Source of the DNA: Hamiltosporidium tvaerminnensis FI-OER-3-3
Taxonomy: Eukaryota > Fungi > Microsporidia
NCBI GenBank assembly: GCA_022605425.2
Contig: JAKIMF020000001.1
Location: 2,418,001 to 2,482,000 of the forward strand
Direction: 5' to 3'
Length of the DNA: 64,000 nucleotides
The notes below the pieces were generated by a model. It searched no databases. It worked only from the letters and a program-made list of their open reading frames with translations, and was not told where the DNA came from. The first letter of the stretch is position 1. Each line of letters begins with the position of its first letter. This document shows positions 11,020 through 22,577 of the stretch, piece after piece. The translations under genes were made by a program, and so were the position numbers.

Positions 11020-12680
11020 TGGGTTGAAGATGTACAAAGAAAGGTCGGTCACAAATAATGCTGTTGTAAAGATACTGCTTCTCTTCCAGAAAGTGTTAAT
11101 GTGTATAAATATTTAAGAATAATTAAAGATAGCAGAAGTAATTCAACATGTAACTTATTCGATAAAGTCTAAAGCAAACTGATATCAAGAGTTGAAAGAC
11201 TTTGCCACACTAGATTTAAAGCCAAAAAATCATTGCCATTAATTAATCAACATTCAATATCGTTGATCAACGACCAAATAGGTGTACTTCGTGTTGAACT
11301 GGCTGACTTCTTTAAGTTAGATGATGCAGTGCGTGTGGTGTTAGTGAAAAATGAGATGTATCTCAGCCTAGTATGTAAAAGGCGGTTATATCTACCTTAA
11401 ACAGAACATAGAAGAGGTCTGCATAGTTTTGAGTTGCAAAGCAAACATATGCTTCTGCAACTTTTGAATTTCTATAAGAAATCTGCAAATATCAAGTCGA
11501 AGAACAACAATCCTAAAGGTTAAATACGTAAAAATCTCATCTTACCCAATATATGGCCGTTTACTAATTCAAATATAGGTTTGATGAATCACTTCTCACA
11601 ACATCTAGAATAAGCTTAACTTCCAAAAGTATATTGCGAAATAGAAAAACGAAAACTTCACTTAGAGTTATAATAGGGCAAGAAGAAATGAGCTTGTAAG
11701 TTTTGGTGGCTCTTCAAGATGGCGAATAAAAACAACATAAAGCTATAGTAGGAAACATTTTTTGCTATTTTCAGGATAGAAATTTATTCTGGGGAGCAGA
11801 AGTTATGTGTAAACTGTAATCGTCTAAAAAAAGCAAACTATTTAGCAACTCGATGTGAGAAAATGTTCTTCTATAAATACACCAGACGGTATAATGAAGC
11901 GTTCGATGTCTGCACATACTTCTTCTAAATAGATTTAAGTTTAAGTACAAAACGGATTAAAAGTTACCTAGTTAAGAAGTTCTTGAAAACGTGCATGCAG
12001 AGATAAGAGTGGATATCAGATTAAAAACTGATGTCAAGATTCGAAATTATAGACCCGACGTATTTACTTCGATAAGAAAAAAAACAAGATTACACTCATT
12101 GAACTAGGAATTACTTCCAAGATTTACTTCAAATAGTTGAAATTAAAACACTTAGAAAGATGACTTGCTAGTCAATGAGTTTAAGTCGCATTTATAAGTG
12201 TAACTTTGAGATAACCTTAATGTGCTTACCTAGGACGGCATTGTGACAAAATACTATAAATCACACCTTAAAATACTGTAAATACTGCATAACATAAAGG
12301 CATATTTTCGGTCGAAAGTGAACAAGAAGACAGTCAAAACAATTTCCTTTAATCAACCAAGAGAACCTGAATCAGACCCTAATGCCAAAGCGAGCTGCAA
12401 AAAAGCAACAATGTGTGTTATTCAAAGAGACTCGATGCACTAGGAACCAACAACTTCTTTAAAGCAAGGTGGAAATGACGAAAATGGTGGTAAAGAATTA
12501 AAAACAAAAAATAATGCACCCCCTATTTCAAAAGGAGGAACGAGGTATGAAGAAATGAAGATAAACATAAAAGAAGAGTCGGATTTAGAGGAAGAAGCCA
12601 TAGTAGTAAAAGAGGTTAAAAGTAATTATTAAAAGTCATAAAGAATTCTAACCGATAATTGTAATAAGTAAAAATAATTT
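11020..12680 (+). mobile_element. Decayed, 5'-truncated copy of the RT-RLE retrotransposon family
   Basis: Collinear similarity to the reverse complement of 3336-4960 (e.g. gatatcaagagttgaaagactttg, aagttagatgatgcagtgcgtg, catatgcttctgcaact), with many stops and frameshifts. Confidence 0.9.
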
Positions 12681-13218
12681 TAAGTTCAAATCAAACTATT
12701 CAGCAAACCAATATTACATAAGAAGCATTCAAAAACAATCTTTATCGTAACTAAAATACAAAAAATTATTTCCCAATTGCGTAAACGAAATGATTATTCA
12801 TGAAATTCTGGAATAGAATCCATTGATTTTATTACGATTGTGAAATAACTAAAATTAGTATTTTAAAATATGATCTTTTAAATAGTAGAACAAATATAGA
12901 CTAATAATCAATTAATCGAATTAATGATTGTCTAAACACCTTATGAAAATATTCAAAGAGTTGAATATTTAAGAAAGAGCATTTTTTTAATAATTGTTTG
13001 TTTACCAATAAATTATAAAAAACACGTTTTTTGTACAAATTTTAGCAGAGATAAAGTTCAAATTGTATTCGCAGATTAGAAATTTATAATCTGACAAAAA
13101 AACGAAATTTATAAAAATATAAATGAAGAAAGAACAGAAATAAGAAATAATATATTAAAATAAAGGAATCATTATCGAAGTTAATGTTATATTTAGAATA
13201 TTTTATAAGCTATGCCAT

Positions 13219-15609
13219 CTAAAGAAAGTCCAAGTTAAATTCAGAATCTAGATAATTGTTTACTTCATAAGATCTTTCGTAACGAATTGGTCTATTAACT
13301 CTAAATTGCGTGTTTTTAAAATGTTCTTTTTTAATGTTCAAAATTGTTTCATAATAAATTTCTTCACAGGATAAAGATAGAAAAAAAAGTTTTTTAAATA
13401 ACCTTAGAATTTCAATGTCTTCTTTTAGAATTTTACTGACGCAGATAGATAATGAACTGACAGTATTAAATAAATTACGATTAATAAACAATTTTTTAAA
13501 ATCAATATATTCATTCATGTTGCGTATCACAATGTACACTGTTTCAAGGTTGCGCATTTGGCCAAAGAATTTATATTCGGTTTCTGTAATCATGTTTACG
13601 CGATAAATAATCTTAAAGAGATTTGTAAAATCAATTATTTTGGATAGAAAATTCAAAATATTCGATTTATTTGCCAATACTGCTTCTATAATTTCCAATC
13701 GTATTATATAAATTTTACTTTCTATTTGTTTTTCAGAACCAAATATATATCGATAAATTCTTTCTAAATATGATGTTAAATTATTAACAAATATACCTAC
13801 AAACTTTACATACTGCATACATTCAAGCCTACTCATAAAAATCAGAAGGCTTGAATCAATATAACCTAATGAATTCTCTATTTTAAACGATCTGAGCCGT
13901 CGATTGATAATATTGTTCTTTAGAATGCATTTCAAATTAAATGCACAAACGAAATTAGAAATCGTGAAACAAACAATTGTGTTTGATTCTAAAATATATA
14001 CAAGCAGTTCATTACATATAATAATATTTCGCAAAGAAAAGTATTTAATTGTGTTAAAATGTTTTAAGAACAAGAAAATTGTATCACGATGTGTAATATA
14101 TGAAGAATCATGAACAAAATAAAGCCCTAAAGCTTTAAACCTTATTGTCTCATATATTTCAAAATGTTTAGATAGAATTGAACTCTCTTTTGCATCTGGA
14201 TATTGATAATAATATTGACGCAGAAATGGCAAATTCTCGATAGGTATTTCTATATCAGATGCTTGTCTCTTAGCATAATCAACATAGCAGACGAGATTGT
14301 TTGGAATCCGTTTTAATAAATCGATTTCAGTGTCGATAAATTCATATTTTAAACAATAAATTTTGCAATTTATATTTGGATTCTGTAAAGAAAAATTTAT
14401 AAGGCAATCCAATCTCTCAAAATCAAATTTTTTTGTACTTAAGGTAAGTTTTTGAACATTACAACACAAACTCAACAATTTTTTTAACTCATCTGGTGTA
14501 GAATCGAATTCGATTTTTAATACTTTTAAATTTTTTGTAAAAATGTCAGTTTGTTTTTTGGTGAATATATTCATTGGATTTTCATAATAATATATATAGA
14601 GTTTATCCAAATGAAGTCTAGTAATACTAAAAAGCCCAACCAACTTTATATATATTTCTTCCTCCCAAAATATCAAATAAAGAAGATTTAGATTCGTAGC
14701 CTCTAGCAAAATAGACCAAGTAATTATTAAATACCGCGATTTCATGATTCTGTACAGCTTTCTAATAGTAGTATCATCTAGTCTTAAATTTATTCCATTA
14801 ATTTTAGATTTTTCCAATGAATTAGATGAGGTAAAATATTTCGTAATATTTTTAAAGCGCAACTTTCTTTCTGCAGAAACAATATATCTTTGCGCGCTCT
14901 TATCATCAAATGTAATAAAATCAATAAAGAATATCAACAAATCCATAAGAATAGATTTTTTTATGTGTTTATAATGATAACTCTCACAATATTTTTCAAA
15001 ATTAAAATATTCATTTCCATTTTCCATAGCAAACATAAAATTTCTAAGTAATTCTTTTAAAAATATATTTCTTTCTTTGGATTTTTCTATATCTAATACA
15101 GAAATAATCATTAAAATATCTAAAAAATCTTGAATTTTTATTTGATTAACAATAATATCCGAATTATCTATTAATTTAAGGAATAGAAGTAAGGCAGAAT
15201 AAGAAACGTCTTTAAGAAATATCTTAATATTTGTCTGTTTAGATTCAAATGAAGTTTTTGAAAAAATTGGATTGAGTAATATCTCATTTGGGTAAGATAT
15301 TCTTAAAATGGTTGGATTGTAATATTTTGTTTCTTCACCAGATTCAAAGCATAGAATATTATTTTCAAAAAGTGAAATTTTATCCTCTTCTATAAACCAG
15401 CCAGTCAGCTTATTTTCTATTTCAGCGATTCTTGAAGTTGAATTGATAGTACTAAAATTCTTAATCCTATTTTCATCGTTTACGACATAAAAACTTACTG
15501 TAGTTAAGTACACCCAACAAGAAAAGTATATCAACAAAAAATATAAATGTCGGCTCGCTTTCTTAGAATTCAGTTTCGTTATACTTCCAATATTAAAATT
15601 AAATGACAT
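13219..15609 (-). CDS. Hypothetical protein (796 aa) with an N-terminal signal/TM segment and LRR-like periodicity in the C-terminal half
   Basis: Long ORF with hydrophobic residues 22-43 and LxxLxI-type patterns (NLKVLKIEF, RLRSFKIEN, NLETVYIVI, KLFFLSLSC). The family assignment is inference. Confidence 0.7.
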   Translation of the reverse strand: MSFNFNIGSITKLNSKKASRHLYFLLIYFSCWVYLTTVSFYVVNDENRIKNFSTINSTSRIAEIENKLTGWFIEEDKISLFENNILCFESGEETKYYNPTILRISYPNEILLNPIFSKTSFESKQTNIKIFLKDVSYSALLLFLKLIDNSDIIVNQIKIQDFLDILMIISVLDIEKSKERNIFLKELLRNFMFAMENGNEYFNFEKYCESYHYKHIKKSILMDLLIFFIDFITFDDKSAQRYIVSAERKLRFKNITKYFTSSNSLEKSKINGINLRLDDTTIRKLYRIMKSRYLIITWSILLEATNLNLLYLIFWEEEIYIKLVGLFSITRLHLDKLYIYYYENPMNIFTKKQTDIFTKNLKVLKIEFDSTPDELKKLLSLCCNVQKLTLSTKKFDFERLDCLINFSLQNPNINCKIYCLKYEFIDTEIDLLKRIPNNLVCYVDYAKRQASDIEIPIENLPFLRQYYYQYPDAKESSILSKHFEIYETIRFKALGLYFVHDSSYITHRDTIFLFLKHFNTIKYFSLRNIIICNELLVYILESNTIVCFTISNFVCAFNLKCILKNNIINRRLRSFKIENSLGYIDSSLLIFMSRLECMQYVKFVGIFVNNLTSYLERIYRYIFGSEKQIESKIYIIRLEIIEAVLANKSNILNFLSKIIDFTNLFKIIYRVNMITETEYKFFGQMRNLETVYIVIRNMNEYIDFKKLFINRNLFNTVSSLSICVSKILKEDIEILRLFKKLFFLSLSCEEIYYETILNIKKEHFKNTQFRVNRPIRYERSYEVNNYLDSEFNLDFL

Positions 15610-15850
15610 AACGTTTCAAAAACCTTTCATTATATATATTAAAAAATTAATTAATGATAAAAAAAATTTACTTTAATCAATTTTTAAATTTAATATATCA
15701 ATATTTTAAAATCCCTTAATATAGAATTCAATATCTCAGATCCTTGTATAACAAATAGTCTTTATTTGGAAAATATATAAAAAAATATCTGATGTTCTCG
15801 GATATTTAAACAAAGGCAAAAATTTTTTAATTACATTAAATAAAGAATTA

Positions 15851-15902
15851 CTAGTACCACTAAGTGACGTCAAGGATCATAAAGCCTTAATGAACCTTGA
15901 CG
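15851..15902 (-). mobile_element. Possible Helitron 3' terminus (hairpin followed by CTAG|T)
   Basis: 35-bp near-perfect palindrome at 15868-15902, followed on the minus strand after 13 nt by CTAG then T. No 5' end was identified. Confidence 0.4.
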
Positions 15903-17221
15903 ATTTAACCCAATTCTTCTCTATTTTGCGACTGCTTAACTTGAGTGAAGAATACTAAATTTAACATCAAAGTTACTGTTTATTCATTACGTTTAAACAA
16001 GTATCTTGCCAAGAGCTCATTCTTAGAGTAAGAAATCCTCAAAACACAGATTAAATTTTGATTTACTATCATTATATAGAATGCACTCTAATATTGAGAA
16101 CATATGACAATAAATAATTATTTTTACATCCAAAAAGTATTGGTTTTCAAAGTGTATATTTCAGAAGTATATAAAAGAGAAAGATTCATTTGGTAATATG
16201 TGTAACTTAATTGAGAGATCAAAACTTTTATTCAATTTTTCTATGCCTTGATTCGTCATAAGCTACGTAACCAGCAAGAAGATAAATCATTATGTTAAGT
16301 GAACAACAATTTGTGTAAAATCAAAACATTAATAAAAACATAAAAAAACAAAAAAATTTGCATTTGATTATAAGATTGATATTAAAGAATACTAAATAAT
16401 TACGAATTTTTTTTAAACAAAACCATATTGAGTAGGCATTTTATGATTTTTTTATTAATTAAGGAATCCAGTAGCGGTATAATCAACATTTCTCTATTTA
16501 GATTATTATATTTTGCAATATGATTATATCTGAGTCGTAATATGTTATTTCTACCTATTTTTTTATATTTTAGCTGTTACAATGCACATTCTCCTTGGAT
16601 TTTCATCGATTATTAAATTATAATCATTGATTGTAAAGTATCTTTTTTAGAGTTCAAGTAATAGTTTGGTAACATAAGTTCTTTTAGCATGTATATGTAA
16701 CAAAGATAAATATTATTTCCTAATCCCCTATGCTTTGTAATCTAGATCGATATATTTATTTTTTCTGTCTATTTCCCACTAGATTAATTCTACTTTCAGT
16801 TATAAATGAAAAATTTTTAAAATTTTTACAGTTTCGTATAAATTTAAGCTTAATATTTAATTGAAACGTGTAATCTCTAATAATATTTGGTAATATTAAA
16901 TAAAAAATGCTACCAAGCCATAAGCATATAATATTCCAATACGATTCGAAAAATAAAACTTAGTCAACTTATAAGTTTAAACATATAATGTTTGTAGTTT
17001 CATATATATAAGGCACAAACTAGAATCTATATATTATTTCTAATCTTATTAGCATGCTCTTCGTTATTTTAGTTCTAAAAATAGAAAAAAAAATGAAGAA
17101 ATTTCTTCGTTTTAAAATTCAAAAGTAAAAATACCGATTACTGCATAGAATAACAGGTAGTGAAAAGAAAAACTTACTAAATATATTTAAATTACCTTTA
17201 AAATATTATACTATTCCTTAA

Positions 17222-17350
17222 TAATTTAACACCCCTTTATTTATACACTTAAATTGTATTTTAACACCCCGATAATCATTATACAATTCAACATACATTT
17301 AACACCCCGTTAATCATTATACCATTCAACTCAATTTTAACACCCCTTTA
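17222..17350 (+). repeat. Four TTTAACACCCC motifs at ~35-40 bp spacing upstream of the 1586-aa gene
   Basis: tttaacacccc near 17225, 17260, 17298 and 17336. Confidence 0.85.
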
Positions 17351-17422
17351 TTTATTAGACTATGAAACTTTGTATGATATTTTATCTTTCACACCAAAAA
17401 TAAATAAACAAAAACCAAAAAG

Positions 17423-20400
17423 ATGATTCTAATATTACCAACAATACTAATAAACCTAATATCATCCAATATAATACAGATAGTACCATATTGTGACCAA
17501 AAGTGTAAGAACACACTTCTTCTTTCCAAATACATTGCTGAACACATGAACGGACCAATCAATTCTAATTCTTCATTACCATTTATTTTATCATACGATC
17601 ATAACACATCACTAACACATTTAAATTTAACACCTAACGAACACACTACTGGTAATAACAGTAAAATACTTACAAATACAACAGGGTCTTATAATACTAG
17701 TAAAGATATTAAAGGGTCTTATACTCAGTATAACACAGGTAACACTACTAAAGGGTCTTATAATACTAGTAATAGTACTAAAGGGTCTTATACTCCTTAT
17801 AGTAGTACTAAAGGGTCTTATACTCCCTCTAATGCTACTAAAGGGTCTTATACTCCTTATAGTAGTACTAAAGGGTCTTATACTCCTTATAATAGTACTA
17901 AAGGGTCTTATACTCTTTATAGTAGTACTAAAGGGTCTTATACTCCCTCTAATGCTACTAAAGGGTCTTATACTCCATATAATAGTACTAAAGGGTCTTA
18001 TACTCCTTATAGCACTACTAACAGTACAACAGCTTATACACCCTATAATACTGTTAATACCTCTAACAGTACAACAGGGTCTTATTATATACCCTATTCA
18101 TCTAAAAACAAAGAATCTTCAAAAATACCAAAAATAAATTCTTCTGGTGTTAACAACACATTACCAATAATTTCTAACGAACTTTCGTTTAAAATAAAAC
18201 CCTTTAATGATAAAGAAAAAAAGTATATAATTAAAGGGTCTAAATATATTTTTGATAAGAATAACACAAATAATAATAATTCTCCTCATTTAAAGACCTT
18301 ACAGTCTCAACTTACTAATTTCTTGAGTCGTTCTGATATACCGTACTATTCTAGTGAAATAAAGGTACTTTCTAATAAGATTGATACGTTGTATAATATT
18401 GTTTCTAAGTTGAGTGAGATTAAGAAGATTGATGATAAAGCAAGTAGTTTAATGAAAATAGGAAGTGTAAAGGGTGTTAGTGACATAGTTAATGTAAAGG
18501 GTGTTAATATAAAGAATACTAAACAACAGGGTGTTAATAACAGTATAGATAAACAACAGGGTGTTAATAACAGTACAAATAAACAACAGGGTGTTAGTAA
18601 CAGTATAGATAAACAAAAGGGTGCTAACATAAGTACTGGTAAACAACAGGGTGTTAGTATTAAAATTAATACAAAGGGTGTTAATACAAATACTATAAAT
18701 AACACCCCTTTACCTTTATATACACCCTTTAAGTACGGTAATCTATATTTTCTACCTTTTCAAGCCTATAACACCCCTTTAGAGTACAACAGTGTTATTA
18801 ACAAGAACATTGACTTAAATTATACTCAACCCTTTAATTACCCACATAACAGTAATTCTGATTACAATCCATATATTAACACCCCTCCTTATAATAACCC
18901 ATATTTTACTTACGACTATAACACCCATTACAATACCATATCCTCTTGGTATACTAACACCCATTATAACACAGTAAGACCTTCATATAATAACACTATA
19001 CCCCCTTCATATACTAACACCCTTTATAACACTATACCTCCTTCCTATAATAACACCCCTTATAACACTATACCATCTTCATATACTAACACCCCTTATA
19101 ACACTATACCATCTTTCTATAATAACACACCTTATAACACTATACCTTCTTCATATACTAACACCCCTTATAACACTATACCATCTTCCTATACTAACAC
19201 CTCTTATAACACTATACCTCCTTCATATACTAACACCCCTTATAACACTATACCTCCTTCATATACTAACACCCCTTATAACACTATACCTCCTTCATAT
19301 ACTAACACCTCTTATTATTATAGCTCTTATTCAAAACCTAATACTACAATAACACCTTATAACACCTCACTAATATCACCTAAAACCACAATAAAAACAA
19401 TAACAAAAATTAAAAAGATAAACCATACATTAACAGTAGATCATCCTATAACAATAACAGTAACAAATTCTATAGTTAAACCTATATCTGCCACCATTTT
19501 ATCTGATAGTTCTAATTCTGAAGATACTACTAGTGATAGTAATATTATATCACCTGTTATATCTTCTACTATATCACCTGTTATATCTATAGATAGGTTT
19601 AATACTTATAATGAAGATACTGTAAGTAACAGTGTTAGTTATAGTAAAGAGATAAATACTGTTTATAATACAACTGATAGTAGAAACCCTAACCCTAACC
19701 TAACCCTAGATACACGCATAAACAAAAGTATAAATACTGTAAATAACACCCATGTACACCCTAACCCTAACCTAACCCTAAACACACGCATAAATAAAAG
19801 TATAAATACTGTAAATAACACTACTACCTATAGTAATAAGCCTTATTTAAAAGGTAAAAAGAAAATAAAACGTATTTATAAGAAGAAAATACCAAATACC
19901 TTTAACACACTGATTAACACTGTTATAAACACTAACACTACATACACTAACACTACATACACTAACACTACATACACTAACACTAGTGTTCTAAGTACTA
20001 CTGCTATAGTTACTACATATACTAACACTAGTGTTCCAAGTACTACACATACTAACACTAGTGTTCCAAGTACTTCATATACTAACACTAGTGTTCCAAG
20101 TACTACATATACTAACACTAGTGTTCCAAGTACTACATATACTATCACTACTGTCACTTTCAATAATTTACCTATAAATACCTTTAAAGGTATAATTAGT
20201 AGTATTGGTGTTAATAAGCCTTCTTATAAGCCATTAGATAGTAACAATAGCGTTAGTATAAATAAGAGTATAACATATGATAATATAAAGGGTGTTAGTG
20301 TAGATGAAGGGGAAGGGGGTGTTAATAATATGGGTAGTAAGTTAGAGGGTGTTAATAATAGGAGTATTAAAGAGGGTGTTAATATAATGAGTAGTAAAGA

Positions 20401-22183
20401 GGGTGGTAATAATATTGGTAGTAAAGAGGGTGTTAATAATAGGGATAGTAAGTTAGCTGGTGTTAATATAATGAGTAGTAAAGAGGGTGTTAATAATATT
20501 GGTAGTAAAGAGGGTGTTAATGGTATTGATATTGTAAAGGGTGTTAGTAACAGTATTTATAAATTAGACGGTGTTAATGATACTACCAATAAAATAGGTG
20601 TTAATACTACTACTAGTATAAAGGGTTTTAATACTACTACCAATAAAATAGGTGTTAATACTACTACTAGTATAAAGGGTGATAATACTACTACTAGTAT
20701 AAAGGGTGTTAATACTACTAATAGTAAAGAGGGTGTTAATAACGGTAGAATTGATAGTCAAATATCACTTGAAAATATTCCACAAAAACTATCGGTAAGT
20801 GACTTAATAGGTATTTTAAATGAAAAGAGTAAAGAATTACCTTTAAATAATATGAACAGTAGTACGAACAGTAGTATGAATGGTAATATAAATAGTGTAA
20901 TAGGTGATATACCATATGATATATCTTTAAGAAATTTACTTTATAGTGTTTCTAATCCTAATAAGGAAGATGAGTTGAGATATTTGGATAGGTTTAAGAG
21001 AGATACTGTTAGAAAGAGACTTGGTAGGTATTATGTGGGTGATAATTATACAGATGAGTACTTAAAGGGTGTTAATAATGAGGGTAGTAGTATAAGACCC
21101 TTTAATTATACAGATGAGTACTTAAAGGGTGTTAATAATGAGGGTAGTAGTATAAGACCCTTTAATTATACAGATGAGTACTTAAAGGGTGTTAATAATG
21201 AGGGTAGTAGTATAAGACCCTTTAATTATAGTGATACTAAGTATGAATACTTAAAGGGTGTTAATAACGAGGGTAGTAGTATAAGACCCTTTAATTATAG
21301 TGATACTAAGTATGAATACTTAAAGGGTGTTAATAACGAGGGTAGTAGTATAAGACCCTTTAATTATAGTGATAGTAAGTATGAATACTTAAAGGGTGTT
21401 AACGCAGAAGATGATAGAGATAATGAGACATCAGATAGTGGTAATTTAGAAGAAAATAACAAGAAATTTACATATTTAAAGCTAAGTGATTTAATTCGAG
21501 GAATAAATGGTCATAAAAGAGGAATAAATATTAAAAAGAGAAGTAAAAGTGGTTATAATATCAGTAATAATACTGTAAAATCTGATAATTATATGAATAA
21601 TCCTAATAAAGATAGAAAAAGATTAGAAGAGGGTGTTAATTATAAGGATTTTATAAATAGAAAGATAAATGGTAATAGAGAACCTGTTATTGATAATGGG
21701 AATAAAGAGGGTGTTAAATACCTGGATATAATAAGAAGAAGGTTTAACAGTAATAAAGAACCTGTTATTGATAATGGGAATAAAGAGGGTGTTAATTATA
21801 GCGATTTTATAAGAAGAAGGTTTAACGGTAATAAAGAACCTGTTATTGATAAGCCTATTACTGAGGGTGTTAATTATAAGGATTATAGAGAGGATACTGG
21901 TAATAGAGAATCTGTAGTTGAAAATAGAAATAAAGAAGGTGTTAATTATAAAGATTTTAGAAATAGAAGGTTTAATGAAGAAAAAGAAGGTGAAAATATG
22001 GAAAAAAGTAACTCAGAGGAATGTAATGAAGCAGAAGATAAAGATGAGTGTATTAAAAAAGAAGATGGATTAGAAATAGGTAGTGCACTGCATATAGGAG
22101 AAGGTAATAAGGAGGTAGAAGGTGATGGCGTACAATATATGTTACTGAGTGATATTATGAGAAGAAGAGGAAGTGCATTTTAG
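17423..22183 (+). CDS. Large low-complexity, repeat-rich protein (1586 aa) with a probable signal peptide; candidate surface or secreted protein
   Basis: 4.7-kb ORF with N-terminus MILILPTILINLISS and repeat blocks KGSYTP, QQGVN, NTPYNTIPPSY, TNTSVPST, EGVN and YLKGVNNEGSSIRPFN. Confidence 0.8.
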   Translation: MILILPTILINLISSNIIQIVPYCDQKCKNTLLLSKYIAEHMNGPINSNSSLPFILSYDHNTSLTHLNLTPNEHTTGNNSKILTNTTGSYNTSKDIKGSYTQYNTGNTTKGSYNTSNSTKGSYTPYSSTKGSYTPSNATKGSYTPYSSTKGSYTPYNSTKGSYTLYSSTKGSYTPSNATKGSYTPYNSTKGSYTPYSTTNSTTAYTPYNTVNTSNSTTGSYYIPYSSKNKESSKIPKINSSGVNNTLPIISNELSFKIKPFNDKEKKYIIKGSKYIFDKNNTNNNNSPHLKTLQSQLTNFLSRSDIPYYSSEIKVLSNKIDTLYNIVSKLSEIKKIDDKASSLMKIGSVKGVSDIVNVKGVNIKNTKQQGVNNSIDKQQGVNNSTNKQQGVSNSIDKQKGANISTGKQQGVSIKINTKGVNTNTINNTPLPLYTPFKYGNLYFLPFQAYNTPLEYNSVINKNIDLNYTQPFNYPHNSNSDYNPYINTPPYNNPYFTYDYNTHYNTISSWYTNTHYNTVRPSYNNTIPPSYTNTLYNTIPPSYNNTPYNTIPSSYTNTPYNTIPSFYNNTPYNTIPSSYTNTPYNTIPSSYTNTSYNTIPPSYTNTPYNTIPPSYTNTPYNTIPPSYTNTSYYYSSYSKPNTTITPYNTSLISPKTTIKTITKIKKINHTLTVDHPITITVTNSIVKPISATILSDSSNSEDTTSDSNIISPVISSTISPVISIDRFNTYNEDTVSNSVSYSKEINTVYNTTDSRNPNPNLTLDTRINKSINTVNNTHVHPNPNLTLNTRINKSINTVNNTTTYSNKPYLKGKKKIKRIYKKKIPNTFNTLINTVINTNTTYTNTTYTNTTYTNTSVLSTTAIVTTYTNTSVPSTTHTNTSVPSTSYTNTSVPSTTYTNTSVPSTTYTITTVTFNNLPINTFKGIISSIGVNKPSYKPLDSNNSVSINKSITYDNIKGVSVDEGEGGVNNMGSKLEGVNNRSIKEGVNIMSSKEGGNNIGSKEGVNNRDSKLAGVNIMSSKEGVNNIGSKEGVNGIDIVKGVSNSIYKLDGVNDTTNKIGVNTTTSIKGFNTTTNKIGVNTTTSIKGDNTTTSIKGVNTTNSKEGVNNGRIDSQISLENIPQKLSVSDLIGILNEKSKELPLNNMNSSTNSSMNGNINSVIGDIPYDISLRNLLYSVSNPNKEDELRYLDRFKRDTVRKRLGRYYVGDNYTDEYLKGVNNEGSSIRPFNYTDEYLKGVNNEGSSIRPFNYTDEYLKGVNNEGSSIRPFNYSDTKYEYLKGVNNEGSSIRPFNYSDTKYEYLKGVNNEGSSIRPFNYSDSKYEYLKGVNAEDDRDNETSDSGNLEENNKKFTYLKLSDLIRGINGHKRGINIKKRSKSGYNISNNTVKSDNYMNNPNKDRKRLEEGVNYKDFINRKINGNREPVIDNGNKEGVKYLDIIRRRFNSNKEPVIDNGNKEGVNYSDFIRRRFNGNKEPVIDKPITEGVNYKDYREDTGNRESVVENRNKEGVNYKDFRNRRFNEEKEGENMEKSNSEECNEAEDKDECIKKEDGLEIGSALHIGEGNKEVEGDGVQYMLLSDIMRRRGSAF

Positions 22184-22279
22184 AGTTTTAGAATCACTGT
22201 TAATATTAAAAGCACTGATATTATTTATACTTTTTATATTTTATTCTAAGAATTAAAAATATAATAATTGTGGTTTAAT

Positions 22280-22359
22280 TTATTTAATAAAATTCTGGGT
22301 TAAAATATTTTTACCATTTTTATGTATTTTCTTCTACCTCTTTAACCACTTCTGTCTCC
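22280..22359 (-). mobile_element. 80-bp 5'-truncated insertion of the RT-RLE retrotransposon 3' end, with a 10-bp TSD
   Basis: Near-identical to 3295-3376 (tatttaataaaattctgggttaaaatattttt..) and flanked by GTGGTTTAAT at 22270-22279 and 22360-22369. Confidence 0.88.
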
Positions 22360-22370
22360 GTGGTTTAATC

Positions 22371-22577
22371 AATATTTAATTAAATAAATTAAAATGTTTT
22401 TCTGAGATTTATAGTGGCTTTCTATTTCTTTAACTACCATTTTTTATTCTTCTAAATGTGATTTAATTAATATTTAATTAAATAAATTAAAATGTTTTTC
22501 TGAGATTTATAGTGGCTTTCTATTTCTTTAACTACCATTTTTTATTCTCCTAAATGTGATTTAATTAATATTTAATT
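22371..22577 (+). repeat. 98-bp tandem duplication, possibly of an older retrotransposon 3' end
   Basis: Two nearly identical units start at 22371 and 22469, with weak resemblance to 3340-3390. Confidence 0.8.
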
